Source: an uncultured Christensenella sp. (GTDB lineage: Bacteria > Bacillota > Clostridia > Christensenellales > Borkfalkiaceae). Taken from it: a DNA stretch of 64,000 bases. Under the pieces are notes generated by a model. The model did not search any database. It was not told the DNA's origin and was given only the letters and a program-made list of their open reading frames with translations. A program made the position numbers and the translations under genes. Of the stretch, positions 9,123 to 19,383 are shown in pieces. How positions within the stretch are numbered: the first letter of the stretch is position 1; each line of letters starts with the position of its first letter. The DNA is taken from positions 397 through 64,396 of the forward strand of contig CAJTNY010000006.1 in NCBI GenBank assembly GCA_910577875.1, written 5' to 3'.

Positions 9123-10481
9123 ATGTATTTTAAGAATCAGAAATTTATGGTAGCGGGAATGTCTAAGTCGGGCGAGTGTGCGGCGCGCTTCCTTCTTGAA
9201 CGCGGCGCGGACGTTTATGTTTACGACGACTTTGCAAACGATAAGGTTACTGCGGTTATGAACGAGTTTCAATCTCTCGGCGCGCATATTGTAACCGCTG
9301 AAAGTTACATAGACGCAACGCTTGTCTGCGACGTGCTTGTTTTAAGTCCGGGAATACCGATAGATAATCCGTTGCCTGTCGCGTTCAGAAAACAGGGAAA
9401 AGCGATAATAGGCGAAGAAGAGCTCGGTGCACTGTTTTTAAGAGCGACGGCAATTGCTGTTACGGGAACGAACGGTAAAACGACTACCGTATCAATGTTG
9501 AATTCCGTGCTTGAAAACGCAGGGTTGAAAAGTGTCGCCTGCGGTAATATCGGTAATCCTTTGGTTGGCGAGACGGAAAATCTCGGGTTTAACGATTATG
9601 CGGTTATAGAAGTTTCGTCTTTTCAGCTCGAAACGCTTTCCAGCCTTCGTCCGCACATAGCGATTGTTACCAATGTGACGGAAGATCATCTGAACCGTCA
9701 CTACAATATGGAAAATTACGTATATCTAAAAAGCAAATTGCTACGCAATCTTCGTGAAAGCGAATATGCAGTTTTAAATTATGACGATGAAGTTGTTCGC
9801 GGATTTGCCAAACTTACGAAAGCAAAGGTTATTTATTTTTCTATGCAGGAAAATAAGGATGGCGCGTATTTTGAGAACGGAGAGGTTTATTTTAATGGCG
9901 AAAAATATTTTGACGCCGACGAAATGACGCTCGGCGGGGTACATAATATTTATAATGCGCTTGCTTGCGTTGCCGCCGCTCATATACTCGGTATTAATAA
10001 GGACAAAGTCGCCGAAGCAATATGCTCGTTTAAAGGTATTAGACATCGTATAGAAGTAATCAGAACCGTAAACGGCGTAACTTATTATGACGACAGTAAA
10101 GGAACCAATGTCGATGCGACCGTTAAAGCGGTTCAGTCTATGACGGAACCTACGATAATTCTTTTGGGCGGTAAAGATAAGGGTTATGATTACGTTCCTT
10201 TATTTCAAGCGCTAAAAAACAGCAGGGTGATTCACGCGGTGCTGTACGGAGAAAACAGATTTAAGCTTCTCAATGCCGCAATAAAATCTGGCTTTACTGC
10301 TTTCGCGCTATGTTCCGAGTTTGAAACAGCTTTCCGTCTTGCGCGGTTTATTGCAAAATCAGGACAAAACGTATTGTTAAGTCCCGCAAGTTCGAGCTTC
10401 GATAGTTTTTCCAATTACGAGGAGCGCGGCGACGCGTTCAAGAAACTTGTGGAAGGAATAAATGAAGCGTTTGAAGATTAA
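9123..10481 (+). CDS. murD: UDP-N-acetylmuramoylalanine--D-glutamate ligase
   Basis: Rossmann N-terminus (VAGMSKSG), GTNGKTTT P-loop, Mur ligase C-terminal domain. GAGGAAAG RBS. Confidence 0.9.
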   Translation: MYFKNQKFMVAGMSKSGECAARFLLERGADVYVYDDFANDKVTAVMNEFQSLGAHIVTAESYIDATLVCDVLVLSPGIPIDNPLPVAFRKQGKAIIGEEELGALFLRATAIAVTGTNGKTTTVSMLNSVLENAGLKSVACGNIGNPLVGETENLGFNDYAVIEVSSFQLETLSSLRPHIAIVTNVTEDHLNRHYNMENYVYLKSKLLRNLRESEYAVLNYDDEVVRGFAKLTKAKVIYFSMQENKDGAYFENGEVYFNGEKYFDADEMTLGGVHNIYNALACVAAAHILGINKDKVAEAICSFKGIRHRIEVIRTVNGVTYYDDSKGTNVDATVKAVQSMTEPTIILLGGKDKGYDYVPLFQALKNSRVIHAVLYGENRFKLLNAAIKSGFTAFALCSEFETAFRLARFIAKSGQNVLLSPASSSFDSFSNYEERGDAFKKLVEGINEAFED

Positions 10482-11565
10482 GAAAAAAGCGGGAGATGTC
10501 CCGCTTTTAATATGCGTTTTTTTAATGGCGTGCTTCGGATGCGTTATGATATATTCCGCAAGCTCTTATGCGGCAGAGGTTCAATTCGGAGACAGTCTTT
10601 ATTTCGTGAAAAAACAGATTATAGGCGTTGTTTTAGGCACGGCGGCTATGGTCGGATTATGTTTTCTGCCGTATAAAAAACTTATAAAATGCAAGTATCC
10701 TGCGATAATAATCGCAGCCGTTCTGCTTACCCTTGTTTTTGTTCCGGGCATAGGTATCACTAATTACGGCGCGACGAGGTGGATTGGTTTCGGTGGGTTT
10801 ACGATTCAGCCTTCTGAAATTGCCAAATATGCTTACGCGCTGTTCGCGGCGGCTTATTTTGCAAAAAATCACGAAAAAGTTAAAACGGTAAAAGGGGTTT
10901 TACCCGTGCTTGCCGTAGGGTTAGGGTTCTGTGTATTGATTATAATAGAGCCTAATATGTCCATTACGATGTGCGTCGGACTGTTAATGCTTGCACTTGT
11001 ATTTTTAAGCGGCACAAATTTAAAAACTTTTGCGGTAATTTTAATACCGTTTGCGGTTGCGGTTCCGCTTTTGATTATATTAGAACCGTACAGGTTACAG
11101 CGGCTCAGCGCGTTTATTGATCCGTGGGCTTCTCCAAAGGACGAAGGCTACCAGCTTATACAATCTCTTTATGCTCTCGGTAACGGGGGCTTGTTCGGTA
11201 CGGGGTTGTTTAACTCTACGCAGAAATACAGGTTTTTGCCGTTTGCGGAAAGCGATTTTATTCTTTCGATTATGGGTGAAGAACTCGGCTTTATCGGACT
11301 TTTAATATTCTTTTTGTTTTGCGGATTTATAATTTTCAGAGGTTTTATAATAGCGAAGAACTGTAAAGACCGATTCGGTTTTTTACTTGCTTCGGGTTTT
11401 ACTCTCGTGTACGGAATACAGGTGGCGATAAACGCTCTTGTCGTAAGCGGCGCGATACCTCCGACGGGACTTCCGTTGCCGTTAATCAGTAGCGGAAACA
11501 CTTCGCTGATAATAACTATGGCATCAATAGGCGTGCTGTATAACGTGTCGCGTCAGGAAGATTAA
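10462..11565 (+). CDS. ftsW: SEDS-family peptidoglycan glycosyltransferase FtsW/SpoVE
   Basis: About 10 TM segments, with the motifs IQPSEIAK and LPFAESDFI. Follows murD. Confidence 0.85.
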   Translation: MKRLKIKKKAGDVPLLICVFLMACFGCVMIYSASSYAAEVQFGDSLYFVKKQIIGVVLGTAAMVGLCFLPYKKLIKCKYPAIIIAAVLLTLVFVPGIGITNYGATRWIGFGGFTIQPSEIAKYAYALFAAAYFAKNHEKVKTVKGVLPVLAVGLGFCVLIIIEPNMSITMCVGLLMLALVFLSGTNLKTFAVILIPFAVAVPLLIILEPYRLQRLSAFIDPWASPKDEGYQLIQSLYALGNGGLFGTGLFNSTQKYRFLPFAESDFILSIMGEELGFIGLLIFFLFCGFIIFRGFIIAKNCKDRFGFLLASGFTLVYGIQVAINALVVSGAIPPTGLPLPLISSGNTSLIITMASIGVLYNVSRQED

Positions 11566-11641
11566 CTTAAAATCTTTAAATTCCATATAATGAAGTATAT
11601 TTACATAGGGTAACTTTACGGTTGCTCTGTTCGGAGTTAAT

Positions 11642-12898
11642 ATGGAAAAATACATAATAAACGGAGGAAACAAGCTATACGGAAGCGTGAAAATCCAGAG
11701 TGCGAAGAACTCTGTGCTTCCTATACTTGCTGCGGCGGTCTTAACCGACCGAAAAGTTAAAATATTAAATGTTCCGCAAATATCCGACGTAAAAAATATG
11801 GTAAAAATTCTTACGTGTCTCGGATGCGGAGCGGTTTATGACGGTAACGATATAATTATCGACAGTTCTTCTGCGGATTGTTTTGAAATACCGAGTGCGC
11901 TTGCGCATGAACTGCGTTCTTCGGTCTTTTTGCTGGGTTCTGTTATTTCGCGTTTTCATTCGGCTAAAATTGCATATCCGGGCGGGTGCGATATAGGTTT
12001 GCGCCCAGTCGATTTGCATCTGACGGGGCTTAAAAGGCTCGGCGTCAAAATCACCGAAAGAAACGGATATATTTTATGTAAATGCGATAAGCTTTACGGA
12101 AACGAAATAATGCTCGATTGTCCGAGCGTTGGCGCTACCGAAAATATTATGCTCGCGGCTGTAAGAGCCGAAGGTACGACTATAATCAAAAACGCTGCGC
12201 GCGAACCCGAAATCGAAGACTTGCAGAATTTTTTAAACCGTATAGGTGCAAAAGTTTCTGGCGCGGGAAGCGGAACTGTAATGATAGAAGGCGTAAAAAG
12301 TCTCGGCGGGTGCGAATATTTGCCTATCCCCGACCGGATAGAGGCGGGAACTTTCCTTATTGCAGCCGCTATGTGTGGCGGCGAAGTGACGGCGGAGGGT
12401 GTTCATCCGGAAAATATCAGTTCTCTTATACATAAACTTGCGGAAAACGGTTGCAAAATAGGTTTGAATAATGATAAAATAATTATAGAAAATCACGGAA
12501 GGCTCGTTTCTGTAAAATCAATCGAGACCCAGCCGTACCCGGGTTTTCCTACCGATTTACAGGCGCAGTTTACGGCGCTTTGCGGTGTAAGCGAAGGACA
12601 TTCTATAATAACTGAAAATTTATTCGAAACTCGTTATAAATATGTGCCTGAACTAAGGAAAATGGGTGCGGATATTACCGTAATTGACAGAAACGCTTTT
12701 GTGCGCGGAGTCGATAGGTATAAGGGCGCAACGGTTATTGCTCACGACCTGCGCGGTGGAGCTGCGCTTGTTCTTGCCGGGCTTGCAGCAGAAGGCAGAA
12801 GCGAAATAGTTGATATTTCACACATAGACAGGGGGTACGGTTCTTTCGAATATAAACTCAGAAAACTAGGGGCCGATATCGTAAGAGTAACCGTCTGA
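11642..12898 (+). CDS. murA: UDP-N-acetylglucosamine 1-carboxyvinyltransferase
   Basis: INGGNKLYGSVKIQSAKNS N-terminus and active-site Cys in YPGGCDIGLRPVD. Confidence 0.92.
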   Translation: MEKYIINGGNKLYGSVKIQSAKNSVLPILAAAVLTDRKVKILNVPQISDVKNMVKILTCLGCGAVYDGNDIIIDSSSADCFEIPSALAHELRSSVFLLGSVISRFHSAKIAYPGGCDIGLRPVDLHLTGLKRLGVKITERNGYILCKCDKLYGNEIMLDCPSVGATENIMLAAVRAEGTTIIKNAAREPEIEDLQNFLNRIGAKVSGAGSGTVMIEGVKSLGGCEYLPIPDRIEAGTFLIAAAMCGGEVTAEGVHPENISSLIHKLAENGCKIGLNNDKIIIENHGRLVSVKSIETQPYPGFPTDLQAQFTALCGVSEGHSIITENLFETRYKYVPELRKMGADITVIDRNAFVRGVDRYKGATVIAHDLRGGAALVLAGLAAEGRSEIVDISHIDRGYGSFEYKLRKLGADIVRVTV

Positions 12899-12903
12899 CT
12901 TTT

Positions 12904-13653
12904 ATGAAGTACTTAAGAAAAATATCTGCTTTGCTGATAGGTATAATTTTTTTTGCCGCGGTTGTAATAAGTCTCGGTATGATTTTTGCTGTTAAGAACA
13001 TAAACGTTACTATGGTAACTTACGCAGACGACTGTTCGGAGAGTTATAACAGTATAAAAAAATCGCTTGATGTTTTTAAAGGCGACAGTATCGTGTTTTT
13101 AAACGAAAACAATATAAAAGAAGCGGTTTCCGACAGTAATTATACGGTAGTTTCCTGTGAGAAAAAATTTCCCTGTACTGTTAACGTTACAATAAAAGAG
13201 CGGCTTGAAACTTTCGCTGTTTTGGTAGGCGGAATTTATTCTATGTATGATAGTGACGGAAAACTTTTAAGAAGCAGTGTTGAAAACGTCAATATTAACG
13301 ACGGGTCGCCGAATGTGGAGCTTACGGGCGTTATAGTTGAAAATATAGGCAAAATATCCGAAATAGCTTTTAAATTCAAAGATAAGTTTAAAGCGTTCCG
13401 ATCGCTCGTGTCAAGCGTAAGCCTTGACGAGAGGGCGGATATAGAAGATTATACGAATAAACTTTGTTTTAATTTGAGATGCGGACTGAAAATTCAGCTC
13501 GATAATTTTACCGAACGCACAGATGAAAAGCTTTCTGCGGTATACACGCAATTTTGTCAACTTACCGACAGACAAAAACTCGGTGGTACATTGAGAGGAT
13601 ATGAAAACGTAATAGGAGACGTTAAATCAGACTATAAAAAAAGCGGTTCTTAA
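12904..13653 (+). CDS. DivIB/FtsQ-like cell division protein
   Basis: N-terminal TM followed by a POTRA-like region. Sits immediately upstream of ftsA-ftsZ. Sequence is divergent. Confidence 0.6.
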   Translation: MKYLRKISALLIGIIFFAAVVISLGMIFAVKNINVTMVTYADDCSESYNSIKKSLDVFKGDSIVFLNENNIKEAVSDSNYTVVSCEKKFPCTVNVTIKERLETFAVLVGGIYSMYDSDGKLLRSSVENVNINDGSPNVELTGVIVENIGKISEIAFKFKDKFKAFRSLVSSVSLDERADIEDYTNKLCFNLRCGLKIQLDNFTERTDEKLSAVYTQFCQLTDRQKLGGTLRGYENVIGDVKSDYKKSGS

Positions 13654-13665
13654 GAACCGCTTTTT
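13636..13665 (+). terminator. Intrinsic terminator after divIB-like gene
   Basis: GCGGTTC-ttaa-GAACCGC followed by TTTTT. The stop codon lies in the loop. Confidence 0.6.
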
Positions 13666-13677
13666 AGTTTGATTTAG

Positions 13678-13706
13678 TTGACTTATATTTAATACTATTA
13701 TATAAT
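13678..13706 (+). promoter_or_regulatory. Consensus sigma-A promoter for ftsA-ftsZ
   Basis: TTGACT - 17 nt - TATAAT. Confidence 0.6.
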
Positions 13707-13737
13707 TAAGAAAACACATTTTCAAACAGGATGACGG

Positions 13738-14892
13738 TTGAATATGCGCAAAAAAAGCGTAGCGGTGTTGGATATACGTTCGTCCGAAGTGACTGCAGTC
13801 GTCGGTGAAAGAGGCGTAAACAATACGTTTATAATCAAAAGTAAATACACTTGCGCTTACGACGGATACGCGGAAGGAAAGCTGATAGACGAAGATGGCT
13901 TTTTGGCTGCGGTAAACGACGTTGTTAGAAGCACGGTATCTGCTTGCGGAGGGTTAAAGTCTTTTTATGTCGGCGTCCCCGGAGAATTTACAAAGATTGT
14001 AAACGTTGATAAAGTCGTGAGTTTCCAGTCGGCAAGAAAAATAACGAACGCCGACCGTGATTATCTTGCGGGCATATCGGCGCCCGAAAACACCGACAGA
14101 TATCAGACTATAAAGCATAGCTGTCTTTACTACGTATTGTCGGACAAGCGTAAAATTATTTATCCCGTCGGTATGGTCAGCGACAGTTTACAGGGCAGAT
14201 TCTGTTTTTATCAATGCAGAAACGATTTTATAGACGTTCTTTTAAAAGCTTTCGGCAAATTTAAAGATATTTCCGACATAAACCTTATTCCTACGGTTTA
14301 CGCGGAAGCTATGTATCTGCTCAGCGCGGAACAGCGTGACGAGTATGCTGTGTTGTTTGATTTGGGTTATATTTCGTCGAGTTATAGCGTTGTCTGCGGG
14401 AACGGACTTGCGTTTTGTGAATCGTTTTCCGTCGGCATCGGGCATATAGCAGTTTACCTTATGACTGAGCTGGATATTCCTTTTGACGTTGCGTCTAAAT
14501 TTCTTTCTATGGTCAATCTAAATGCAAAAGAAACGCTGAATACTTATGAGGAATGTGTATGCGAGGGTAAAACTTATAGATTTCTAACCGTGACTTTGCG
14601 CGATAAAATACGCGAGGGACTCGACGGAATCTGCGAAACCCTAGAAGCGTGCAGACAAAGTTTTACAGGAAAAAATATCGATGTAAGAACAATCAATATT
14701 ACCGGCGAGGGCGTAAAAGTAATACGTGGAACTGCCGAACATATTTCCAACAGACTCGTTAAAAACGTGGAGATAGTTTCGCCTGCGGTGCCTTATTACG
14801 ATAAACCGCGGTTCTCGTCGCTTTTAAGTCTATTGGATGCCGCCCTAATAGATGCGGGTTCAGTATCATTTTTGAGTTTTTTTAATAAATAA
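13738..14892 (+). CDS. ftsA: Cell division protein FtsA (actin-like ATPase)
   Basis: VAVLDIRSSEVTAVVGE phosphate-1-like N-terminus. Hydrophobic/amphipathic C-terminus. Immediately upstream of ftsZ. TTG start with AGGA 6 nt upstream; ATG at 13744 is an alternative start. Confidence 0.75.
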   Translation: MNMRKKSVAVLDIRSSEVTAVVGERGVNNTFIIKSKYTCAYDGYAEGKLIDEDGFLAAVNDVVRSTVSACGGLKSFYVGVPGEFTKIVNVDKVVSFQSARKITNADRDYLAGISAPENTDRYQTIKHSCLYYVLSDKRKIIYPVGMVSDSLQGRFCFYQCRNDFIDVLLKAFGKFKDISDINLIPTVYAEAMYLLSAEQRDEYAVLFDLGYISSSYSVVCGNGLAFCESFSVGIGHIAVYLMTELDIPFDVASKFLSMVNLNAKETLNTYEECVCEGKTYRFLTVTLRDKIREGLDGICETLEACRQSFTGKNIDVRTINITGEGVKVIRGTAEHISNRLVKNVEIVSPAVPYYDKPRFSSLLSLLDAALIDAGSVSFLSFFNK

Positions 14893-14912
14893 ATAATTCG
14901 GAGGAGAGATAA

Positions 14913-16220
14913 ATGTTTAACGATTTAGCCGCGGGCAACGGCAGTGGAAATATTATGGGAAGAGCAAGAATAAAAGTTATAGGTGTCGGCGGCGCTGGTA
15001 ATAACGCCGTGAACAGAATGTTGGATGCGGGCATAAATTGCGCTGAATATTACGTTGTTAATACCGACAGTCAGATTTTAGCTTTATCGCCTTGTGAAAA
15101 TAAAATTCAAATAGGAAGTGCGCTTACAAAAGGTCTTGGAGCGGGCGCTGACCCCGATATAGGCAGGGCTGCTGCGGAAGAAAGCAAAGAAATTCTTACC
15201 GATGCGATAAGGGATACCGACCTTTTGTTTATAACAGCCGGTATGGGGGGCGGTACGGGTACGGGAGCCGCGCCTGTAATAGCGAAGATTGCCCGCGATA
15301 TGAAAATACTTACCGTTGCCGTAGTTACGGAACCTTTTGGTTTCGAGGGCAAAAAGCGTATGGAAAATACCGCTAAGGGGTTGGAAAATCTTAAAAAATT
15401 CGTTGATACGCTCATAATAATTCCAAACGATAAAATAAAGACCGTAGTAGCAAAGAATACGCCTATGAGGGAAGCTTTGCGCGTGGCGGACGAAATTTTA
15501 AAACAGGGCATAAAAGGAATTGCCGAGCTTATAGTTAATCCTTCTCTTATAAATCTCGATTTTGCCGACGTAAGAACTATTCTTAAAGACAAGGGTGTCG
15601 CGCATCTTGGAGTTGGTGTGGCTAAGGGCGATAACAGAATAATCGAAGCGGTAAGGCTTGCGGTTAATTGCCCCCTTCTCGAAACTACAATTGAGGGCGC
15701 GCGCGGCGTTATTCTTAACGTTGTGGGCGGTGATGATTTGACTTTCGATGAGGTTGCCGATGCTGCCGAGCTTGTCAAAAGCGTAGTGGATGCTTCCGCA
15801 AATATAATATTCGGCGCAAGGATCGACCCTAATGTCCGCGACGAAGTTGAAATTACTGTTATTGCTACGAGTTTCCCGGGTTTTGACAGCAGCAGACGCG
15901 AAGAGGACAATACTTTCAGAGGATACCAGAGCGGTAGAATTTACGACGGTCGTTCTTATAATTCCGCGCCGGCGGACAGAATGACGGTTAATGAACCTTA
16001 TTATAGCCGTCAGCAGGTAAATTCTGTACAGCCCGTCCAACCGTTGCAGCCAGTACAGCCTAATGCCGTACAGCCTGTTCAACCTATACAGCCGATACAA
16101 ACCGTTTCGCGTTCACAGATAAGGGAAGAGGAAGACGCTATCGAACGTCCGAACGACAAAAATGTTCCCAAGTTTGCGCAGATGCTGAGAAATCTCGGTA
16201 AAAGACGCAACGGCGACTGA
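14913..16220 (+). CDS. ftsZ: Cell division GTPase FtsZ
   Basis: GVGGAGNNAVNRM and the tubulin signature GMGGGTGTGAAPV. GGAGGAG RBS. Basic C-terminal peptide. Confidence 0.96.
   Translation: MFNDLAAGNGSGNIMGRARIKVIGVGGAGNNAVNRMLDAGINCAEYYVVNTDSQILALSPCENKIQIGSALTKGLGAGADPDIGRAAAEESKEILTDAIRDTDLLFITAGMGGGTGTGAAPVIAKIARDMKILTVAVVTEPFGFEGKKRMENTAKGLENLKKFVDTLIIIPNDKIKTVVAKNTPMREALRVADEILKQGIKGIAELIVNPSLINLDFADVRTILKDKGVAHLGVGVAKGDNRIIEAVRLAVNCPLLETTIEGARGVILNVVGGDDLTFDEVADAAELVKSVVDASANIIFGARIDPNVRDEVEITVIATSFPGFDSSRREEDNTFRGYQSGRIYDGRSYNSAPADRMTVNEPYYSRQQVNSVQPVQPLQPVQPNAVQPVQPIQPIQTVSRSQIREEEDAIERPNDKNVPKFAQMLRNLGKRRNGD
16036..16107 (+). repeat. Imperfect 9-nt tandem repeats encoding (V/L/I)QP units in the FtsZ linker
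   Basis: Translates to VQPVQPLQPVQPNAVQPVQPIQPIQ. The nucleotide units are variants of GTACAGCCN. Confidence 0.7.
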
Positions 16221-16243
16221 TAAAATATAAAATAACAAACAAT

Positions 16244-16272
16244 AAAACCGTCGGATTTCCGACGGTTTTATT
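16244..16272. terminator. Bidirectional terminator between ftsZ and spoVG
   Basis: AAAACCGTCGG-attt-CCGACGGTTTT with an A-run and a T-run on either side. Confidence 0.65.
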
Positions 16273-16320
16273 GTTTACAAACTCAGTATTAATTTAACTA
16301 ACGGAAAACCAAATTTGGAC

Positions 16321-16584
16321 TTAATTTTTAAGTTCATCATAGTAAGCCGTAAGGATTGCTTCTTTTAATGTTTCTCGGGTCTCGGTGTTAAGCGGATGTG
16401 CAATATCCTTATATTCGCCATCATTAGTTTTTCTGCTGGGCATCGCAATAAACGCGCCTTCGTCAGCTTCTATTACTTTAATGTCGTGTACGACAAAGCA
16501 ATTATCGATAGTAACGGAAGCTACTGCTTTTAGTTTATTGTCCTCCTTGTTAACTAATCTGATTCGTACATCTGTGATCTCCAT
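16321..16584 (-). CDS. spoVG: Septation protein SpoVG
   Basis: [11 protein letters not shown] start, typical of SpoVG, with a GGAAGGTG RBS. The longer track ORF (to 16647) adds a non-homologous extension. Confidence 0.9.
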   Translation of the reverse strand: MEITDVRIRLVNKEDNKLKAVASVTIDNCFVVHDIKVIEADEGAFIAMPSRKTNDGEYKDIAHPLNTETRETLKEAILTAYYDELKN

Positions 16585-16731
16585 TTTGCACCTTCCAGAA
16601 TATACTTTCATTGACTCCATTGTACAATAAAAGATATTTAATTTCAAGAACTTAGATAAAAAAATTTTATTTTTTTTAAAAATTTATTAATTTTTCGTGC
16701 TATTTGGACAAATTTTTTAATAAAATTTATT

Positions 16732-18063
16732 ATGCGCTTAAAAATTACGGATAAATTTGAGAGTTTTTACTTTATAGGTATAGGCGGAGTCAGTATGAGC
16801 GGGTTGGCAAAATATCTTTTGTCGCTCGGAAAAAAGGTTGGCGGTAGCGATATAATTTCAAACGTGTATACCGAAGAATTGAAAAATTTAGGTGCGCAGG
16901 TCAGTATTGAGCCTATAATAGACAGCGTAAAGAATTACGAACTCATAATATATACCGATGCCGTAAAAGATACGGATATTAGAATTTGCGAAGCTCGGCA
17001 ATTATCGAAGGAAATAATCTCTCGCGGTCAGTTCCTCTATGAAATAAGTCGTGAGTTCAATAAAGTTATAGCGGTTTCGGGCTGTCACGGCAAGACGACG
17101 TGCAGCGCAATGCTCACGCATATTTTTGCGGCTTCAGGAAAAAAATTTGCTTCGCATATCGGCGGTAGTGATATTTCTTATTCTAATTTTTATTATTGCG
17201 GCAACGATTTTTTTATAACCGAAGCCTGCGAATATAAAAAGAACTTTTTGCTTTTGAAACCGGATATAGCCGTTATTCTCAACAGCGACGCTGACCATTT
17301 GGAGTGTTACGGCAGCGAAGCGGAGTTAAAGCGTTCATATTTAAGGTTTGCGGACAGTGCGGAGATTGCAGTTACGCTTTACCGCGATTTGCCTGTGTCT
17401 TACGGCCCGCATTTCGGATATGATAAATCGGCTGATTATTACGCAAAAAATATTAAAAATTCAGACGGCGCATATTCGTTTAATTTGTATGAGCAAAACG
17501 TAGAACTCGGTACGGTGTATTTAAACGTTTACGGAAAGCATAATGTTTTAAACGCGTTGGCGGCTACTGCGGCGGCTAGAAGTGCGGGGGTAAATTTCGA
17601 CGATATTTTAAAGGGGCTTGCTTCATTTTCGGGTGTGAAAAGGCGTTTTGAAACTATCGGGAAAGTCAATGGCGCGAAATATATAGCAGATTACGCTCAC
17701 CATCCGAACGAACTCCGCGCAGTGATACGCACAGCGCAGAAATTGACTGCCGAAAAACTTTATGTGGTTTTTCAGCCTCATACTTATTCGAGGACAAAAA
17801 ATTTTTTTAAGCATTTCGTGAAAGTTCTGTCGCATTTAAACAATTTAATGATATATAAAACTTTTGCGGCGCGAGAATATTACGACGATGAAGGCAGTGC
17901 GCTTACGCTTTCGCAAAGTTTGAAAAAATCCCGTTACGGCGATTGCATATACGATATTAAAGAATTTATTTTAAAAGCGGGGAAGGGAGATACCGTTTTA
18001 TTCCTCGGCGCAGGAGATATATACGATTTGGCGAAACAATGCATCGAAACTGAAAAAAATTGA
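16732..18063 (+). CDS. murC: UDP-N-acetylmuramate--L-alanine ligase
   Basis: FIGIGGVSMSGLA N-terminus and GCHGKTTC P-loop. Confidence 0.9.
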   Translation: MRLKITDKFESFYFIGIGGVSMSGLAKYLLSLGKKVGGSDIISNVYTEELKNLGAQVSIEPIIDSVKNYELIIYTDAVKDTDIRICEARQLSKEIISRGQFLYEISREFNKVIAVSGCHGKTTCSAMLTHIFAASGKKFASHIGGSDISYSNFYYCGNDFFITEACEYKKNFLLLKPDIAVILNSDADHLECYGSEAELKRSYLRFADSAEIAVTLYRDLPVSYGPHFGYDKSADYYAKNIKNSDGAYSFNLYEQNVELGTVYLNVYGKHNVLNALAATAAARSAGVNFDDILKGLASFSGVKRRFETIGKVNGAKYIADYAHHPNELRAVIRTAQKLTAEKLYVVFQPHTYSRTKNFFKHFVKVLSHLNNLMIYKTFAAREYYDDEGSALTLSQSLKKSRYGDCIYDIKEFILKAGKGDTVLFLGAGDIYDLAKQCIETEKN

Positions 18064-18120
18064 TAATTATACATTTTTTAATTAAAATATGCAATTTTTC
18101 TAAATAAAATTCAATATTGC

Positions 18121-18149
18121 TTGACAAAAATGTATATAACAAATATAAT
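18121..18149 (+). promoter_or_regulatory. Consensus sigma-A promoter upstream of ilvC
   Basis: TTGACA - 17 nt - TATAAT, 47 nt before the ilvC ATG. Confidence 0.55.
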
Positions 18150-18196
18150 AACAAAAAAAGGGCGGAAGTGCCCTCGCGGGATTCGGAGGTTATTAT

Positions 18197-19228
18197 ATGT
18201 CTGAAATTTATTATCAGAAAGATTGCGATATTAAAGCATTGGAGAACAAGACGATTGCTGTTATAGGTTACGGAAGCCAGGGACACGCACACGCGCTCAA
18301 TCTCAGAGACAGCGGCGTAAAAGTTATTGTAGGCTTGCGTGAGGGCGGAAAGTCTTGGGGCAAAGCTGAAGCCGCGGGATTTAAAGTTTACAGCGTTGCC
18401 GAAGCGGTTAAGCGGGCAGACGTTGTGATGTTGTTGATTAACGACGAAAAACAGGCGGAAGTTTATAAAGAAAGTATTGAAAGCAATATTAAAGACGGTG
18501 CGGCTCTTGCTTTTGCGCATGGTTTCAATATTCATTTTAAACAGATAATTCCGCCCGCAAACGTCGATGTGTTTATGATTGCGCCAAAAGGCCCCGGACA
18601 TACGGTCCGTTCGGAGTATCAGGACGGGAAAGGGGTACCTTGTCTTGTTGCCATATATCAGAATTATACGGGAAAAGCTTTGGAAACTGCACTTGCTTAC
18701 GCAGCCGGAATAGGCGGCGCAAGGGCAGGCGTTTTAGAGACGACTTTTAAATGCGAAACAGAAACTGACTTGTTCGGGGAACAGGCAGTTTTGTGCGGAG
18801 GCGTTACGGCGCTTATGAAAGCGGGTTTCGAAACGTTGGTCGAAGCGGGCTATGACCCTAAGAACGCTTATTTCGAGTGTATTCATGAAATGAAGCTAAT
18901 AGTGGATTTAATTTATAAAGGCGGTTTTTCTATGATGAGGTATTCCGTTTCCGATACGGCGGAATACGGGGATTACGAAATCGGTAAACGCATTATTACG
19001 GAAAATACAAAAAAAGAAATGAAAAAGGTTCTCAAAGAAATTCAGGACGGTACTTTCGCGTCAAAATGGATTGCCGAAAATAAAAACGGCAGAACGCATT
19101 TCAATGCTGCAAGAGTTTCGGAAGCTTCGCACCTGCTTGAAGACGTTGGCAAGGAAATACGCAGTATGTATTCATGGAACGATGCAAACAGTATTTACGA
19201 AGCCGAAAAGGGCAAAACCAAACTTTGA
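18197..19228 (+). CDS. ilvC: Ketol-acid reductoisomerase
   Basis: [23 protein letters not shown]-binding motif. Class I length. GGAGG RBS. Confidence 0.95.
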   Translation: MSEIYYQKDCDIKALENKTIAVIGYGSQGHAHALNLRDSGVKVIVGLREGGKSWGKAEAAGFKVYSVAEAVKRADVVMLLINDEKQAEVYKESIESNIKDGAALAFAHGFNIHFKQIIPPANVDVFMIAPKGPGHTVRSEYQDGKGVPCLVAIYQNYTGKALETALAYAAGIGGARAGVLETTFKCETETDLFGEQAVLCGGVTALMKAGFETLVEAGYDPKNAYFECIHEMKLIVDLIYKGGFSMMRYSVSDTAEYGDYEIGKRIITENTKKEMKKVLKEIQDGTFASKWIAENKNGRTHFNAARVSEASHLLEDVGKEIRSMYSWNDANSIYEAEKGKTKL

Positions 19229-19234
19229 TAAAAT

Positions 19235-19266
19235 AAAAAACGCGCTTTCAAAAGCGCGTTTTTTAT
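19235..19266 (+). terminator. Intrinsic terminator after ilvC
   Basis: AAAAAACGCGCTTT-ca-AAAGCGCGTTTTTT. Confidence 0.65.
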
Positions 19267-19383
19267 TTCGTTATTATATAAAAAAATAATAAATACAGCG
19301 TCATTTTGTTGTTATTTTTTACTGTAAATGTTATAATCAAATATGTATTGTTATCTTTTACGGTAACATATCGGAGAATAAAA

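Noticed and set aside
15107-15910. 267- and 200-codon minus-strand ORFs inside ftsZ
   Set aside because: They lie opposite the highly conserved ftsZ frame. Their S/A/T/I-rich translations reflect the complement of a Gly/Ala/Val-rich gene. There are no start signals.
17966-18601. 211-codon minus-strand ORF spanning the murC end and the ilvC start
   Set aside because: It crosses an intergenic promoter region and overlaps two clear plus-strand genes. It has no motifs and no RBS.
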